Virus record (IMG/VR): IMGVR_UViG_3300031964_000019
Location: 3,140 to 67,139 of that record
Length of the DNA: 64,000 bases
Strand: one strand, 5' to 3'
Source: a virus
A program made the translations under genes and the position numbers. This document shows positions 38,090-47,498 of this stretch, piece after piece. Position 1 is the first letter of the stretch. Every line of letters starts with the position of its first letter. Below the pieces are notes generated by a model that was given only the letters and a program-made list of their open reading frames with translations, was not told the origin of the DNA and made no database searches.

Positions 38090-38851
38090 GTGACAACGAA
38101 GACAGACAGTTTCCCGACGGTGCAGAATCCATTGTCGGGGCACTGGGCAACGACCTACGGCGGCTTGCAATGTACCGCCTCCGGCATCGTGAAAGGCACC
38201 AGCCCGACGCCTCAGGACAACCTGTCGTCGTGGTCAACTTCTGACTATACGTTCCTGAACGATCAGACGTCGCAGATTACTTTCAGCAACATCGGAGATG
38301 ACGACTGGCCGGGCGCGACTGTCCGAATCGCTGGGACTACGACGTCGTCAACCGGTTACGTGGCCTATGCCAGGCTGGAGTCTACCGGGATCTTTCTTTA
38401 CAAGATCGCAACCAGTGGCACGATTGGCGCTGGCTCCGCGAATGAAATCGGCAGCGCAACGGGACTCACCCTGACCGGCTCCCACACGATGCAGTTGGCC
38501 GTTGCCGGGACGAATCTGATCGTATATCTAGACGGCTCATCGATTATCACGGTCTCAGACTCGGCTTTCACAGCCGGACAGCCCGGTATCGCGTACGAGT
38601 TCGGCAACAACAATTCGACCCAGATCAACAGCTTCACTGCTACGGATGCCGGCGGTGGATCCAACACAGGCATCACGCCGGCCGTGGGCGCGGTAACGAC
38701 CGCGGGTAATACGCCGACGGTAACGCCCGCTAGCAGCACCGTGATTTCCCCGCTCGTGGCGCGCAAGTCCGGGTTGCTCATGCCGAGCCGCCGTTTGCTT
38801 ATTCCGACGACGAAAAAGATTTTCCTGCCGCCGGTTCGCAAGGCTGCGTAA
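38090..38851 (+). CDS. Repeat-fibre protein 3: ConA/LamG-like jelly roll plus short repeat tail
   Basis: HTMQLAVAGTNLIVYLDG...VSDSAFTAGQPGI, then ITPAVGAVTTAGNTP. Confidence 0.6.
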   Translation: MTTKTDSFPTVQNPLSGHWATTYGGLQCTASGIVKGTSPTPQDNLSSWSTSDYTFLNDQTSQITFSNIGDDDWPGATVRIAGTTTSSTGYVAYARLESTGIFLYKIATSGTIGAGSANEIGSATGLTLTGSHTMQLAVAGTNLIVYLDGSSIITVSDSAFTAGQPGIAYEFGNNNSTQINSFTATDAGGGSNTGITPAVGAVTTAGNTPTVTPASSTVISPLVARKSGLLMPSRRLLIPTTKKIFLPPVRKAA

Positions 38852-38857
38852 ATCGCG

Positions 38858-40768
38858 ATGGCCAATACGACCATTACTCCCGGCGTCGGCAATCTAAGGC
38901 TGACCACCTCGACGGTGGTGATCGCGCCTTTGATCGCCGCACTCGCACTGTTGGGCACGGCACCGACGCTAAGCCAGAACATTGTACCGGGTGTCGCCTC
39001 TGTCGCAGTCGTCTCGCCGGGCGCTGCAGTGATGGCGCTGGGGTTCCCCGGGAGCGCGGGCGCTGTTTCTATCGCCGGCGTCACCGTCGCGCTTTCATTT
39101 GGAAGCGCCGCGAGCCCTTCGACGGGCGCTGTCAGCGTCGCCGGCACCTCCGCGGCCCTCGCGGTCGGAATCGTGACTCCGGCGGCCGGTGCGGCAACAT
39201 TCGCGGGCCAAGCGCCGCTGGTTAACATCCCGAATCAGACGGCAACTCCCGCTGCCGGGCTTCTCGGCCTTCGTGGGTTCGAAAGCCAGATCAACACCGG
39301 CAGTTCGGCGCCGGCAGCGTCTGCGGTCCTGACGTTGGCGGGCGCCGCGCCGCTGCTCGGATTGCAGATTGCGTTGAGTCCGGCCGGGACTGCGGCACTG
39401 GGATTGGCGGGCGCTGGTTCGACGCTCAACTATGGCGTCGCGCCGATTGTGGGCAACCTGCTGATGACGACGCGGGCTTCCCCCCTCGCGCCCTCGACGG
39501 GTGTGATCACGCTGACGGGCTACGCGCCGACCTTGGCAGGCTCGCTCGGCCTCGTGCCGGGCACGGCGGTCCTGACGTTGGGCGGTACCGTGGTCAGCCT
39601 GGCGCTTGCAGTGCCGTCGCCCCCGTGCGCCGCGCTCGTTCTCGGCGGCACGGTTTCCGGTCTGGTGCTCACGCACATTCAGGTTCCGACCGTGGGCGCG
39701 CTGGCGCTCGCTGGCAGTGCGCCAGTGGTTACACAGAGCGTATCGGCGACGGTTCCGAATGGCATCCTCGTCGTGGGGGGTCTGGGCCCCGGCCTAGGCG
39801 TCAACCTGCTCACGCAAGCGGCCGGCTTGCAACTCAACGGCGTCGCAGCGCTGGCGCTCAGCGGAACGGTCTCCGTCCCCGTCGCAGGCAGTCTCGCCGC
39901 GGCCGGTACCGTCCCCACCCTGACGCCTGGCGGCTCAGTCGCCCCGTCAGCTGGCGCTATCACCTTGGTGGGCATCGCGCCGAATGTCGCGGAAGGCCTC
40001 GTGCCTTCGGTGGGCACGATCTCACTCAGTGGCAACGCGCCGGTTCAGGGTCTGCGGATTGCGCCGCCTGCTGCGGCGCTCGCGGTTCAAGGCTCGGTCC
40101 CCACTGTCAACGGCCAGGTGGTCGAAACAGTTCCGGCTGGCGCACTGACATTGATGACGGGCGCCCCGACGATGGCGCTGGGAATCACCCCGGCCGTGGC
40201 AACACTCACGTATGGCGCGACCGCGCCGACGTTTGGACTCGCGATCGTGCCGCCGGCCGCCGCCGTGAATCTCGGTGGCAACGCGCCGGTCCTGGCAGTC
40301 TCGGGCGTCCCGCTGACCCAGACGGGCAATGTGGCGCTGTCCGGTGCCGCGCCGGTCCTGGGGCTTCAGATTGCGCCCAGCGCGGGCGTACTCGCGATAC
40401 CGGGAATCCAACCGATCGCGAGCTCGCGCTTCTCGATCGCGCCGCTCACGGGCGCCGTCGGGTTGGCAAGCGATCCGGCCGTCATCACCAACGCCGGTGT
40501 TCCGGTGCCGGTGACGGGTGTGATCGCCTTCAACTCGGATGCGCCGGAAATCATCCGCTCTGGTTTCGCCGCACCGCAGACCGGCGCCATCACAACGGGC
40601 GGCAACGTCCCACTGGTCTACCAGACCACCAACGGGTTCGTCGTTCCGGACACGGCGACCATCACGCTCGACGGTCAGCCGGCGGTCGTGCCGCTCTATC
40701 AGCCCGACCCGTATCACACCGTCGACTCGCCGGGCCCGGATCGCTACACCGTCAATTCGCCAGGGTAG
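38858..40768 (+). CDS. Repeat-fibre protein 4 (636 aa, roughly 30 repeats)
   Basis: Almost entirely (I/V)xPxxGxLxLxGxAP units, with very few charged residues. Confidence 0.75.
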   Translation: MANTTITPGVGNLRLTTSTVVIAPLIAALALLGTAPTLSQNIVPGVASVAVVSPGAAVMALGFPGSAGAVSIAGVTVALSFGSAASPSTGAVSVAGTSAALAVGIVTPAAGAATFAGQAPLVNIPNQTATPAAGLLGLRGFESQINTGSSAPAASAVLTLAGAAPLLGLQIALSPAGTAALGLAGAGSTLNYGVAPIVGNLLMTTRASPLAPSTGVITLTGYAPTLAGSLGLVPGTAVLTLGGTVVSLALAVPSPPCAALVLGGTVSGLVLTHIQVPTVGALALAGSAPVVTQSVSATVPNGILVVGGLGPGLGVNLLTQAAGLQLNGVAALALSGTVSVPVAGSLAAAGTVPTLTPGGSVAPSAGAITLVGIAPNVAEGLVPSVGTISLSGNAPVQGLRIAPPAAALAVQGSVPTVNGQVVETVPAGALTLMTGAPTMALGITPAVATLTYGATAPTFGLAIVPPAAAVNLGGNAPVLAVSGVPLTQTGNVALSGAAPVLGLQIAPSAGVLAIPGIQPIASSRFSIAPLTGAVGLASDPAVITNAGVPVPVTGVIAFNSDAPEIIRSGFAAPQTGAITTGGNVPLVYQTTNGFVVPDTATITLDGQPAVVPLYQPDPYHTVDSPGPDRYTVNSPG

Positions 40769-40772
40769 GTTA

Positions 40773-41093
40773 ATGCTCACGTTCCCCACCATCGACCCCG
40801 ACGCGCAGCGGGTGCTGACCTTCAATTGTTCCAAGGATCTGGATGGCAACGAGGTGTTGGCCGGCGGCGCGGTGCTGAAAAGCATCGTGTGCACGGCCGG
40901 TACCGATGCGACGCCGCTGGGCATGCTGTTGGGCCTGGTGTCGTACGACAACACGGGGACGCAGATTCTGGTGCCGGTGGGCAATCTGAGCTCGCGCAAC
41001 GGCAATGACTACGTGTTGGAAGTGACCTCGCTCACGTCGATCCCGCCGAAGGAAATCGTCGTTCGCGCGCTGCTGCAAGTAAGGCCCGACTGA
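40773..41093 (+). CDS. Putative fibre adaptor/anchor protein
   Basis: FPTIDPDAQRVLTFN...L..NE.L...GTDATP..ML.G...Y.LEV pattern resembling phage fibre-adaptor proteins; follows fibre 4. Confidence 0.45.
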   Translation: MLTFPTIDPDAQRVLTFNCSKDLDGNEVLAGGAVLKSIVCTAGTDATPLGMLLGLVSYDNTGTQILVPVGNLSSRNGNDYVLEVTSLTSIPPKEIVVRALLQVRPD

Positions 41094-41094
41094 C

Positions 41095-42462
41095 ATGAGC
41101 AAGACGCGCGATTTCGCCGGGTACTACGCATCCGAAAAGATCGGCAAAACCCGTCGGATTACGCCCGAGGGTTTTTTGGTGCTCGAGGGCACCCCCATCG
41201 CTCGGACGGGTGAGCAGATTTACGCCGCGCACGAGTTGGAAGGCATTGAGCCTAACGGCGCGGGTCAAATCATTGTCACCCGTCTCCCGGAGGAAGTCTT
41301 CCGGCCCGAGACGTTGCAATCCCTGGAAGGGAAAGACTTCGTCATCGAGCATCCGCCGGATGGCGTCGATGTCGACAATTGGAAAAATCATTCCGTGGGT
41401 CACGTTCAAAACGTGCGCCGTGGTGAGGGCATCGAAGACGATCTGGTTCTCGGGGATATCATCGTCAAAGATCCGCTGGCGATTGACTACGTCAACAAAC
41501 ATCTTCCCGAGATTTCCGCTGGGTACAACTGTGACTACGAACAGATCGAACCCGGCAAAGCGATTCAACGCAACATTATTCACAACCACGCGGCTGGTGT
41601 TAAAGCAGGGCGCGCTGGCGCTCGGGTCGCGGTGCGGGACCATCAAACAGCAGTAGGAGAGATTGACATGTCGAAAATGAATGTGCCCGTATTGCGCGCC
41701 GTCTTGGCGGCTATCGGGATCAAAACCGAAGATGCAACCAAGGTCGAGAGCGCGCTGCAGGCCGTTCAGACCGCCGACGAGGGCGGTGGCTACAGCAAGG
41801 AGATCGGCGAGCAGATCTCCAGCATGTCGAATGACATGAAGGCCATCAAGGACTGGGTCAAGGCCCGCGACAGCGAGCGTGAGGAAGAGAAGAAGCAGAA
41901 GGATGCCAAGATCGCGCACGACGCCGAGGAAGCCAAGAAAAAGGAGGAGGAAGGCAAGAAGGGCGAGGGCGAGTCCGAGGAAGCCGAGAAAACCGGCGAC
42001 ACCGTGTTGGAAGCGGAATCCCCTGGCCACGTCGTCAACCTCGGGAAGACCTGGAAAGGCAGCATGACCGGTGACGCGTCCGCGACCGAGCCGGTTCTCC
42101 AGGCGGTCGTCGCGCGCGCCGAGATTCTGGCCCCCGGCATTGCGAAGCCGACCGCGGATTCGCTCAAGGGCAACAAGGGCACTGCGCTCGCGGGCTTCAT
42201 GCGCACGGCGCTGGAGAAGCATGCCGCATCCGCTGGCGGCCTCGCCAACGTCGGACCATTCCTGATGGGCGACTCAATCGGAAACCTCAAGGGGCAGAAG
42301 CTGGTCGGGGTGTTCAACGGGACCGCGCAGTTGGCCCGCGCGCGCAACAACAAACAGGCCAGCGGGATTCAGAACCGCAAGACGGGCGATTTCTCCGCCC
42401 CCACCACGATCGCCGACGTCAACGAGATCAACCGCAAGTTCTGGGCGGAGCGCAAAGGCTAA
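41095..42462 (+). CDS. Prohead protease/scaffold (DUF2213)
   Basis: TPEGFL....PIARTG.Q.Y...FRPETLQSLEGK...HP...EISAGY...NHAAGV..GRAG, followed by an E/K-rich scaffold segment. Confidence 0.9.
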   Translation: MSKTRDFAGYYASEKIGKTRRITPEGFLVLEGTPIARTGEQIYAAHELEGIEPNGAGQIIVTRLPEEVFRPETLQSLEGKDFVIEHPPDGVDVDNWKNHSVGHVQNVRRGEGIEDDLVLGDIIVKDPLAIDYVNKHLPEISAGYNCDYEQIEPGKAIQRNIIHNHAAGVKAGRAGARVAVRDHQTAVGEIDMSKMNVPVLRAVLAAIGIKTEDATKVESALQAVQTADEGGGYSKEIGEQISSMSNDMKAIKDWVKARDSEREEEKKQKDAKIAHDAEEAKKKEEEGKKGEGESEEAEKTGDTVLEAESPGHVVNLGKTWKGSMTGDASATEPVLQAVVARAEILAPGIAKPTADSLKGNKGTALAGFMRTALEKHAASAGGLANVGPFLMGDSIGNLKGQKLVGVFNGTAQLARARNNKQASGIQNRKTGDFSAPTTIADVNEINRKFWAERKG

Positions 42463-42524
42463 AACGGCTCGCCCCCGCGTAGTAACTTCGATACCGCATT
42501 CCTCTCATTCCATAAGGAACTTCC

Positions 42525-43028
42525 ATGTCTGTGATCACTTACCGGATGCCGTTCGGCGTCCAGGGCGATATCTCCCGGCCTTCGGTAGCGACTGTCGAGG
42601 CGCAGGCGTTCGGCGCGACCGCTTTCACACAATACGGATTGCCGGCCAAGGTGTCTGGCGGCAAGGTCATCCCGATCGCCGCGCAGAACGACTTCGTGTA
42701 CGGCTTCCTCGTGCGGCCGTTCCCCATCACCGGCGCGAACGCGGGCGATCCGCTGGGCACTTCCGTTCCCGCCACGACGGGCATCGCCGGCATCCTGCGG
42801 CGCGGCTACATCAACGTGCTCGTGCAGTTGGGCGGCGCTACTGCTGCGCTCGGCTCCAGCGTTTATGTGCGTTATCAGAACGCTGTCACGGGTCAGATTG
42901 TCGGCGGCGTTGAAGGCGCGACCAGCGGTAACAACTACCAGTTGACCACGACCTACGCGGCAGGGCAGGTGTACTTCACCGGTCCGGTGGACGCCAACAA
43001 TATCGCTGAGGTGGGATTCAACATCTAA
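42525..43028 (+). CDS. Capsid decoration/cement protein
   Basis: Between protease and MCP; YRMPFG..GDISRP...GFLVRPFP...ILRRGYINV. Confidence 0.8.
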   Translation: MSVITYRMPFGVQGDISRPSVATVEAQAFGATAFTQYGLPAKVSGGKVIPIAAQNDFVYGFLVRPFPITGANAGDPLGTSVPATTGIAGILRRGYINVLVQLGGATAALGSSVYVRYQNAVTGQIVGGVEGATSGNNYQLTTTYAAGQVYFTGPVDANNIAEVGFNI

Positions 43029-43056
43029 CGCGAAGGTTCCTCTTTCGATTCTCCTC

Positions 43057-43078
43057 ACCGGCCTCGTGCCGGTTTTTT
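43057..43078 (+). terminator. Terminator-like hairpin before MCP
   Basis: ACCGGC-CTCGT-GCCGGT-TTTTT. Confidence 0.65.
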
Positions 43079-43106
43079 ATTGCCAAAATTTGGCGAGGTA
43101 AACCCT

Positions 43107-44228
43107 ATGATCGGCTCCCACGTTGCCCAGCGGTACTCCCGGGGCACTACTCTCCCCGTGACCATCGTCAAGGATACGAGCACACCGCTGAATCAGCGTC
43201 GGTCGCTCAGCGCCAAAGATGCGGTCCACCGGCTGGCGCGCCGCGACGTCCGCACCCACGACAGTCTGTTTACGTTCGATGCGGCCACCGCGGACGCCGC
43301 CGGCGTCTTCCTGGTCGGCGAGCTCGAGCGGTTGGACCAGCGGTTGCACATGCCGTTGGCATCCGTGACCTGGTCGCGGGATATCGATCTGCGCGAAGAC
43401 GTCTCCATGGCCGACGAGCGCAGTTCGTACACGAACTCGAGCTTCGGTCAGGCGCAGGGTATCGCAGGGTCCAACAAAGCGTGGATCAACAAGGAGTCGA
43501 GCGCCATCGTTGGCGTGTCGCTGGACATCGGCAAGACGATCCAGAACCTCGAGCTCTGGGCAATGCAGTTGTCATGGACGATCCCGGAACTCGCTTCGGC
43601 CCAGGCGTTGGGACGTCCGGTCGATGAGCAGAAGTTCATGGGCATGAATCTCAAACACCAGATGGACTGCGACGAGCAGGTCTATGTGGGTGATGCGATT
43701 CTGAGCATGAACGGTCTGCTCAATCACTCACTGCTCGCCAACACCGGCAACGCGGTGACCGGTCAGTGGGGTACGGCGACCCCCGCGCAGATCCTCGCGG
43801 ATGTGAATTCGCTGCTCAACAGCGTATGGGCGGCTGCGGGTTGGGCGGTGATTCCGGATCGCTTGCTGGTGACACCGACGGCGATGTCCATTCTCGCCTC
43901 CACGCTGATCAGCTCGGCGGGCAACATCTCGATCCTCGACTTCATCATGAAGAACAACCTGGCCTCGTCCAACGGCCAGAAGTTCGAGATTCAGCCGTCC
44001 AAGTGGCTCCTGGGCACGAACAACGCCAATACGCTGGGCGTCGTTGCGACGGACTCCATGTTCGCATACGTGAAGGACCCGGTCCGCGTTCGCTGGCCGT
44101 ACGTGCCTTTGCAGCGCACTCCGGTAGAATGGCGCGACATCCGCCAGCTCGTGACCTATTACGGGCGCCTGGGCGCGGTGGAGATGGTCTACCCCGAGGT
44201 GTGCGGTCGGCGTTCCAATATCGGCTGA
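43107..44228 (+). CDS. Major capsid protein (DUF2184)
   Basis: TFD...AGVFLVGELERLD...TWSRDIDLREDVS...DEQVYVGD...YYGRLGAVEMVYPE; SD GAGGT. Confidence 0.92.
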   Translation: MIGSHVAQRYSRGTTLPVTIVKDTSTPLNQRRSLSAKDAVHRLARRDVRTHDSLFTFDAATADAAGVFLVGELERLDQRLHMPLASVTWSRDIDLREDVSMADERSSYTNSSFGQAQGIAGSNKAWINKESSAIVGVSLDIGKTIQNLELWAMQLSWTIPELASAQALGRPVDEQKFMGMNLKHQMDCDEQVYVGDAILSMNGLLNHSLLANTGNAVTGQWGTATPAQILADVNSLLNSVWAAAGWAVIPDRLLVTPTAMSILASTLISSAGNISILDFIMKNNLASSNGQKFEIQPSKWLLGTNNANTLGVVATDSMFAYVKDPVRVRWPYVPLQRTPVEWRDIRQLVTYYGRLGAVEMVYPEVCGRRSNIG

Positions 44229-44284
44229 ACGGTCCCCGGTTCCGGGCCGGGGATTTCTCACTCACATAAAGAGGCTACAAGCCC

Positions 44285-44776
44285 ATGAGCAAGACCGTCA
44301 TTCTACTGCGACCTTTTACGTTCTCGTACCCCTCGACGGGCGGCGAAAACCACCGTCTCCCGCGTGAGCAGAAGTTCGCACCGCTGCGGGACAAGGAAAC
44401 CGGCGGCTGGCTTCCGACCGAGCAGGAGCTGCCCGACGAGGTCGCGGAGCATTCGTTCATCAGTGAGCACTTCGCGGACGGCTGCATCGAGCGGCCGGAA
44501 GTGACCAAGGCTCGCATCGAGGCGGCGCAGGCCAAAGTGACCAAGGAGAAGGAGGACAACGCGCGCGAGCTCAAGAAGGCGGAGGATGCCTTGAAGCGGG
44601 CCAGCGGCTCACATGCGGTCCACAAGATCACGGAGGCCAAGGTGGAGCAGCAACTCAACACGCCGGTCAACGAGATTGGCGCGAAGCAAGGCGCGGATAT
44701 CGACAAGCCGGTCGACGACAAGGATTTGCAAGCGGCGCTGAATACGCCGGTCAATAAGCTGGCCGGTAAGAAGTAA
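44285..44776 (+). CDS. Head-associated hypothetical protein
   Basis: Follows MCP; LLRPFTF...ELPDEVAEH.FI. Confidence 0.6.
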   Translation: MSKTVILLRPFTFSYPSTGGENHRLPREQKFAPLRDKETGGWLPTEQELPDEVAEHSFISEHFADGCIERPEVTKARIEAAQAKVTKEKEDNARELKKAEDALKRASGSHAVHKITEAKVEQQLNTPVNEIGAKQGADIDKPVDDKDLQAALNTPVNKLAGKK

Positions 44777-44779
44777 CCC

Positions 44780-45253
44780 GTGACGCCCACACTGTTTCGT
44801 CAGGTCTTTCGCGAATTCGCTGAACCTGACACGTCGCCCGATGACGCCATCAACTTCTTCATCGGGCTGGCGCAGAATTTTCTGAATGGCTCGACCTCCA
44901 GTGTGGGTCAGCGCTGGGACCCGACTTCGCTCGACTACGGCATCGGGCTGTTCACTGCGCACCATCTGGCGTTGAGTCAGCGGGCTGTGGCCACCGCGTC
45001 GGCTGGTGGCATTCCGGGCGATGTCAGAGGGCCTGCGACCGCGAAGTCGGTTGATAAAGTATCCCAGTCGTTCGATACGAAAAGCGTTACCTGGGAGAAC
45101 GAAGCGTTTTGGTCAATGACGACCTACGGAGTTAGGTTGATAGATTTGGCCAGAATGTTTGGCGCTGGCGGCGTCCAGTTGGGTGTCTGCGCCGGTGGCG
45201 AGCTGATCGGCGGCATCGGTCCTTATGGCTGGGGCCTGAATCTGGGCGGATGA
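44780..45253 (+). CDS. Head-tail adaptor (DUF4054)
   Basis: FRQVFREFA...LFTAHHLAL...KSVDKVSQSFD...TTYG. Confidence 0.88.
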   Translation: MTPTLFRQVFREFAEPDTSPDDAINFFIGLAQNFLNGSTSSVGQRWDPTSLDYGIGLFTAHHLALSQRAVATASAGGIPGDVRGPATAKSVDKVSQSFDTKSVTWENEAFWSMTTYGVRLIDLARMFGAGGVQLGVCAGGELIGGIGPYGWGLNLGG

Positions 45254-45256
45254 GTC

Positions 45257-45853
45257 ATGGCCTCCCGCGTCGTTATCACCGCCGATAAAGTCAACGCGGT
45301 GATCGGCTCCATTACTAAGTTGGTCGGCAAGGAGGTGCTGGTCGGCATCCCCGAAGCCAACGCCAGCCGACAAAACGATGACAGCAGCGGTCCGGTGAAT
45401 AATGCGATGATCGGCTATCTCATGGAGAACGGCAGCCCCGCGCGCAACGTTCCGGCGCGTCCGTGGCTGGTCCCGGGAGTACGAGACTCGACGAGCCAGT
45501 GGTCGCCCCATCTCAAAGGCGCTGCCAATGCGGCGTTGGATGGGAACACTCAGCGGAGTGATCAGGAGCTCGCGGCGTCCGGAGTGATCGCGGCGTCCGG
45601 CGTCAAACGCAAGATCAACAGCAACATTCCGCCGCCATTGAGCGCTGCGACGATCCGGGGGCGCAAGTACGGCCGTGACACGAAATCGCGTAGAGAGAAC
45701 GAGGACCGGTATTTGAACATGATCCGCAGCCCTGCTAAAGGCGGCGCTGGGATGTCGCCGGGAGATGCGCAGAGCGCGGCAGGGATTGTGGCCCTCGTGA
45801 ACACCGGAGAATTTCGCAACGCGGTGGACTCCGTCGTCCGCAAGAAGACGTGA
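45257..45853 (+). CDS. Neck/tail completion protein
   Basis: VLVGIPE...NNAMIGYLMENGS...NVPARPWL...PPLS.ATI...LVNTG. Confidence 0.8.
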   Translation: MASRVVITADKVNAVIGSITKLVGKEVLVGIPEANASRQNDDSSGPVNNAMIGYLMENGSPARNVPARPWLVPGVRDSTSQWSPHLKGAANAALDGNTQRSDQELAASGVIAASGVKRKINSNIPPPLSAATIRGRKYGRDTKSRRENEDRYLNMIRSPAKGGAGMSPGDAQSAAGIVALVNTGEFRNAVDSVVRKKT

Positions 45854-45856
45854 CCC

Positions 45857-46231
45857 GTGCCATTTCTTGACTGCTCAGACGTCCTGTTGGATCCGGACTT
45901 CTGTGACCCCACGCTCATCTGTCAACGTAACCCAGTCAGTGCAAATAACAACGGTCGTGGCGTATTCACAGGGACACAAACCCTTCCTTTCACCGGCGTC
46001 GTCACCTCCGACAAAGGTGAACTGCTCGCGCGCGGCATGGTCGGCGAGCACGCTACAGGTGCGATCTCCATCATCACACGCTTCACGCTGATCGATGCCG
46101 GCACCGGCATGACGGCTGACATCGTGCAGTGGAATGGCAAGCAGTACACGGTGACCAAGGTCAACGACTACTCGACCTACGGCATCGGCTTCATTGAGGC
46201 GATTGCCGAACTCATTCCCTTAGCCGGCTAG
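45857..46231 (+). CDS. Head-closure protein
   Basis: MPFLD.SDVLLDPDF...GVVTS...DIVQWNG..YTV...DYS.YG.GF. Confidence 0.75.
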   Translation: MPFLDCSDVLLDPDFCDPTLICQRNPVSANNNGRGVFTGTQTLPFTGVVTSDKGELLARGMVGEHATGAISIITRFTLIDAGTGMTADIVQWNGKQYTVTKVNDYSTYGIGFIEAIAELIPLAG

Positions 46232-46235
46232 GCCC

Positions 46236-47498
46236 GTGTCCAACACCACGATCACCCCTTCAGCCGGATTGGTTCGGCTGACGACGGACCTTGCGCCGTT
46301 GATCGTGGTTGGCAGCGTGACGCTATCCGGCGTGGCGCCCGCCATCATCCGCGGGACCGTGATCACCCCCAGTGTGGTCGCGGCGACATTGGCCGGTGTG
46401 GCGCCATCGGTTACGAAGCCGACCGTCACGGCCATCGCGCCGACGGCTGGATCCGTCTCGCTGAGTGGCGTCTCGCCCGCACTCCTGCTGACCAGCCTGA
46501 TCACGCCGTCAGTCGGCACCGTCACGCTGAGTTCGGCGGCCGGGGTGATGAGCCTGGGCGTGTCGCCGCTGGCAGGCGCGCTGACTGTTGCTGGTGTGGC
46601 CCCGACCGAGGCCCGCGGAACCGTTATCGCGCCGTCGGTGGGAGCGCTGGCGCTCGCTGCAGCCGCGCCGACTCTGATCATCGGCACTGTCATTGCTCCC
46701 GCCGTCGGGGCGGCGACGCTCACCGGCGCAGCGCCTGCCGAGGCGCGCGGCACGGTCATCGCGCCTGCTGTCGGGACCGTTTCGTTGGCGGGTATCGCCC
46801 CGACGATGGCGCTCGCCATGGCGCCGGGTGTCGGGACACTGGCATTGACGGGCTCGACGCCGTCGCTGTCGATGGGTGCTGGCAGTTACACCATCACGCC
46901 CAACACGGGCGCGCTTGCGCTGACTGGGTCTGCGGCAGCGATGGGACTCGGCATTGCGCCCCTCATCGGCACGGTTGCCTTTGCGGGCGTGGCGCCGACC
47001 CGGATTCAGGCGGCCGTCCTGTCGCCGACGGTGGGCTCTATATCGTTCGCGGGCGCTGCGCCGACAACTGGCCTAGCCATCGCCCCCGGTGTCGCGCAGA
47101 TCGCCCTCAGTGGCGTGTCTCCGGGGCTCGGGCGCGGGACCGTCATTGCTCCCAACGTCGGAGGAGTCAGCCTCTCGGGGACTGCCCCCGGCGTTGTTCA
47201 GGCCGATTTGATCGCTCCGTCGACCGGCTCGGTCGCCATTACCGGCGCGCCACCCACGCTGGCCGGTGCGATCACGTTGATCACGCCCGCGAGCGCAGCC
47301 TTAACGCTGGTGGGAACTGTCCCGAATGCGGCGGCGGTGGCGACAATACCGGCTGGCGCCGTTGCGTTGGGCTCGCTGGCGCCTGTGGTGCGAATCACCT
47401 ATGCCGCCGGGCCGCTCTATCTCTTGCCGGCACCGGCCTCGATCCCGATGCCATCGCCCGGTTACTACTACCTGCTGCCCGCAAAGGATGCCGCGTGA
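46236..47498 (+). CDS. Repeat-fibre protein 5 (420 aa, about 20 repeats) in the neck region
   Basis: GTVIAPxVGxxxLxGxAP units; N-terminus MSNTTITP.AG..RLTT matches fibre 4. Confidence 0.75.
   Translation: MSNTTITPSAGLVRLTTDLAPLIVVGSVTLSGVAPAIIRGTVITPSVVAATLAGVAPSVTKPTVTAIAPTAGSVSLSGVSPALLLTSLITPSVGTVTLSSAAGVMSLGVSPLAGALTVAGVAPTEARGTVIAPSVGALALAAAAPTLIIGTVIAPAVGAATLTGAAPAEARGTVIAPAVGTVSLAGIAPTMALAMAPGVGTLALTGSTPSLSMGAGSYTITPNTGALALTGSAAAMGLGIAPLIGTVAFAGVAPTRIQAAVLSPTVGSISFAGAAPTTGLAIAPGVAQIALSGVSPGLGRGTVIAPNVGGVSLSGTAPGVVQADLIAPSTGSVAITGAPPTLAGAITLITPASAALTLVGTVPNAAAVATIPAGAVALGSLAPVVRITYAAGPLYLLPAPASIPMPSPGYYYLLPAKDAA

Noticed and set aside
41032-42222. Long antisense ORFs (also 12578-13387, 29854-30885, 48924-49793, 58658-59512, 6839-7567)
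   Set aside because: These are mirror frames of well-supported genes in GC-rich DNA, with no motifs or start context.
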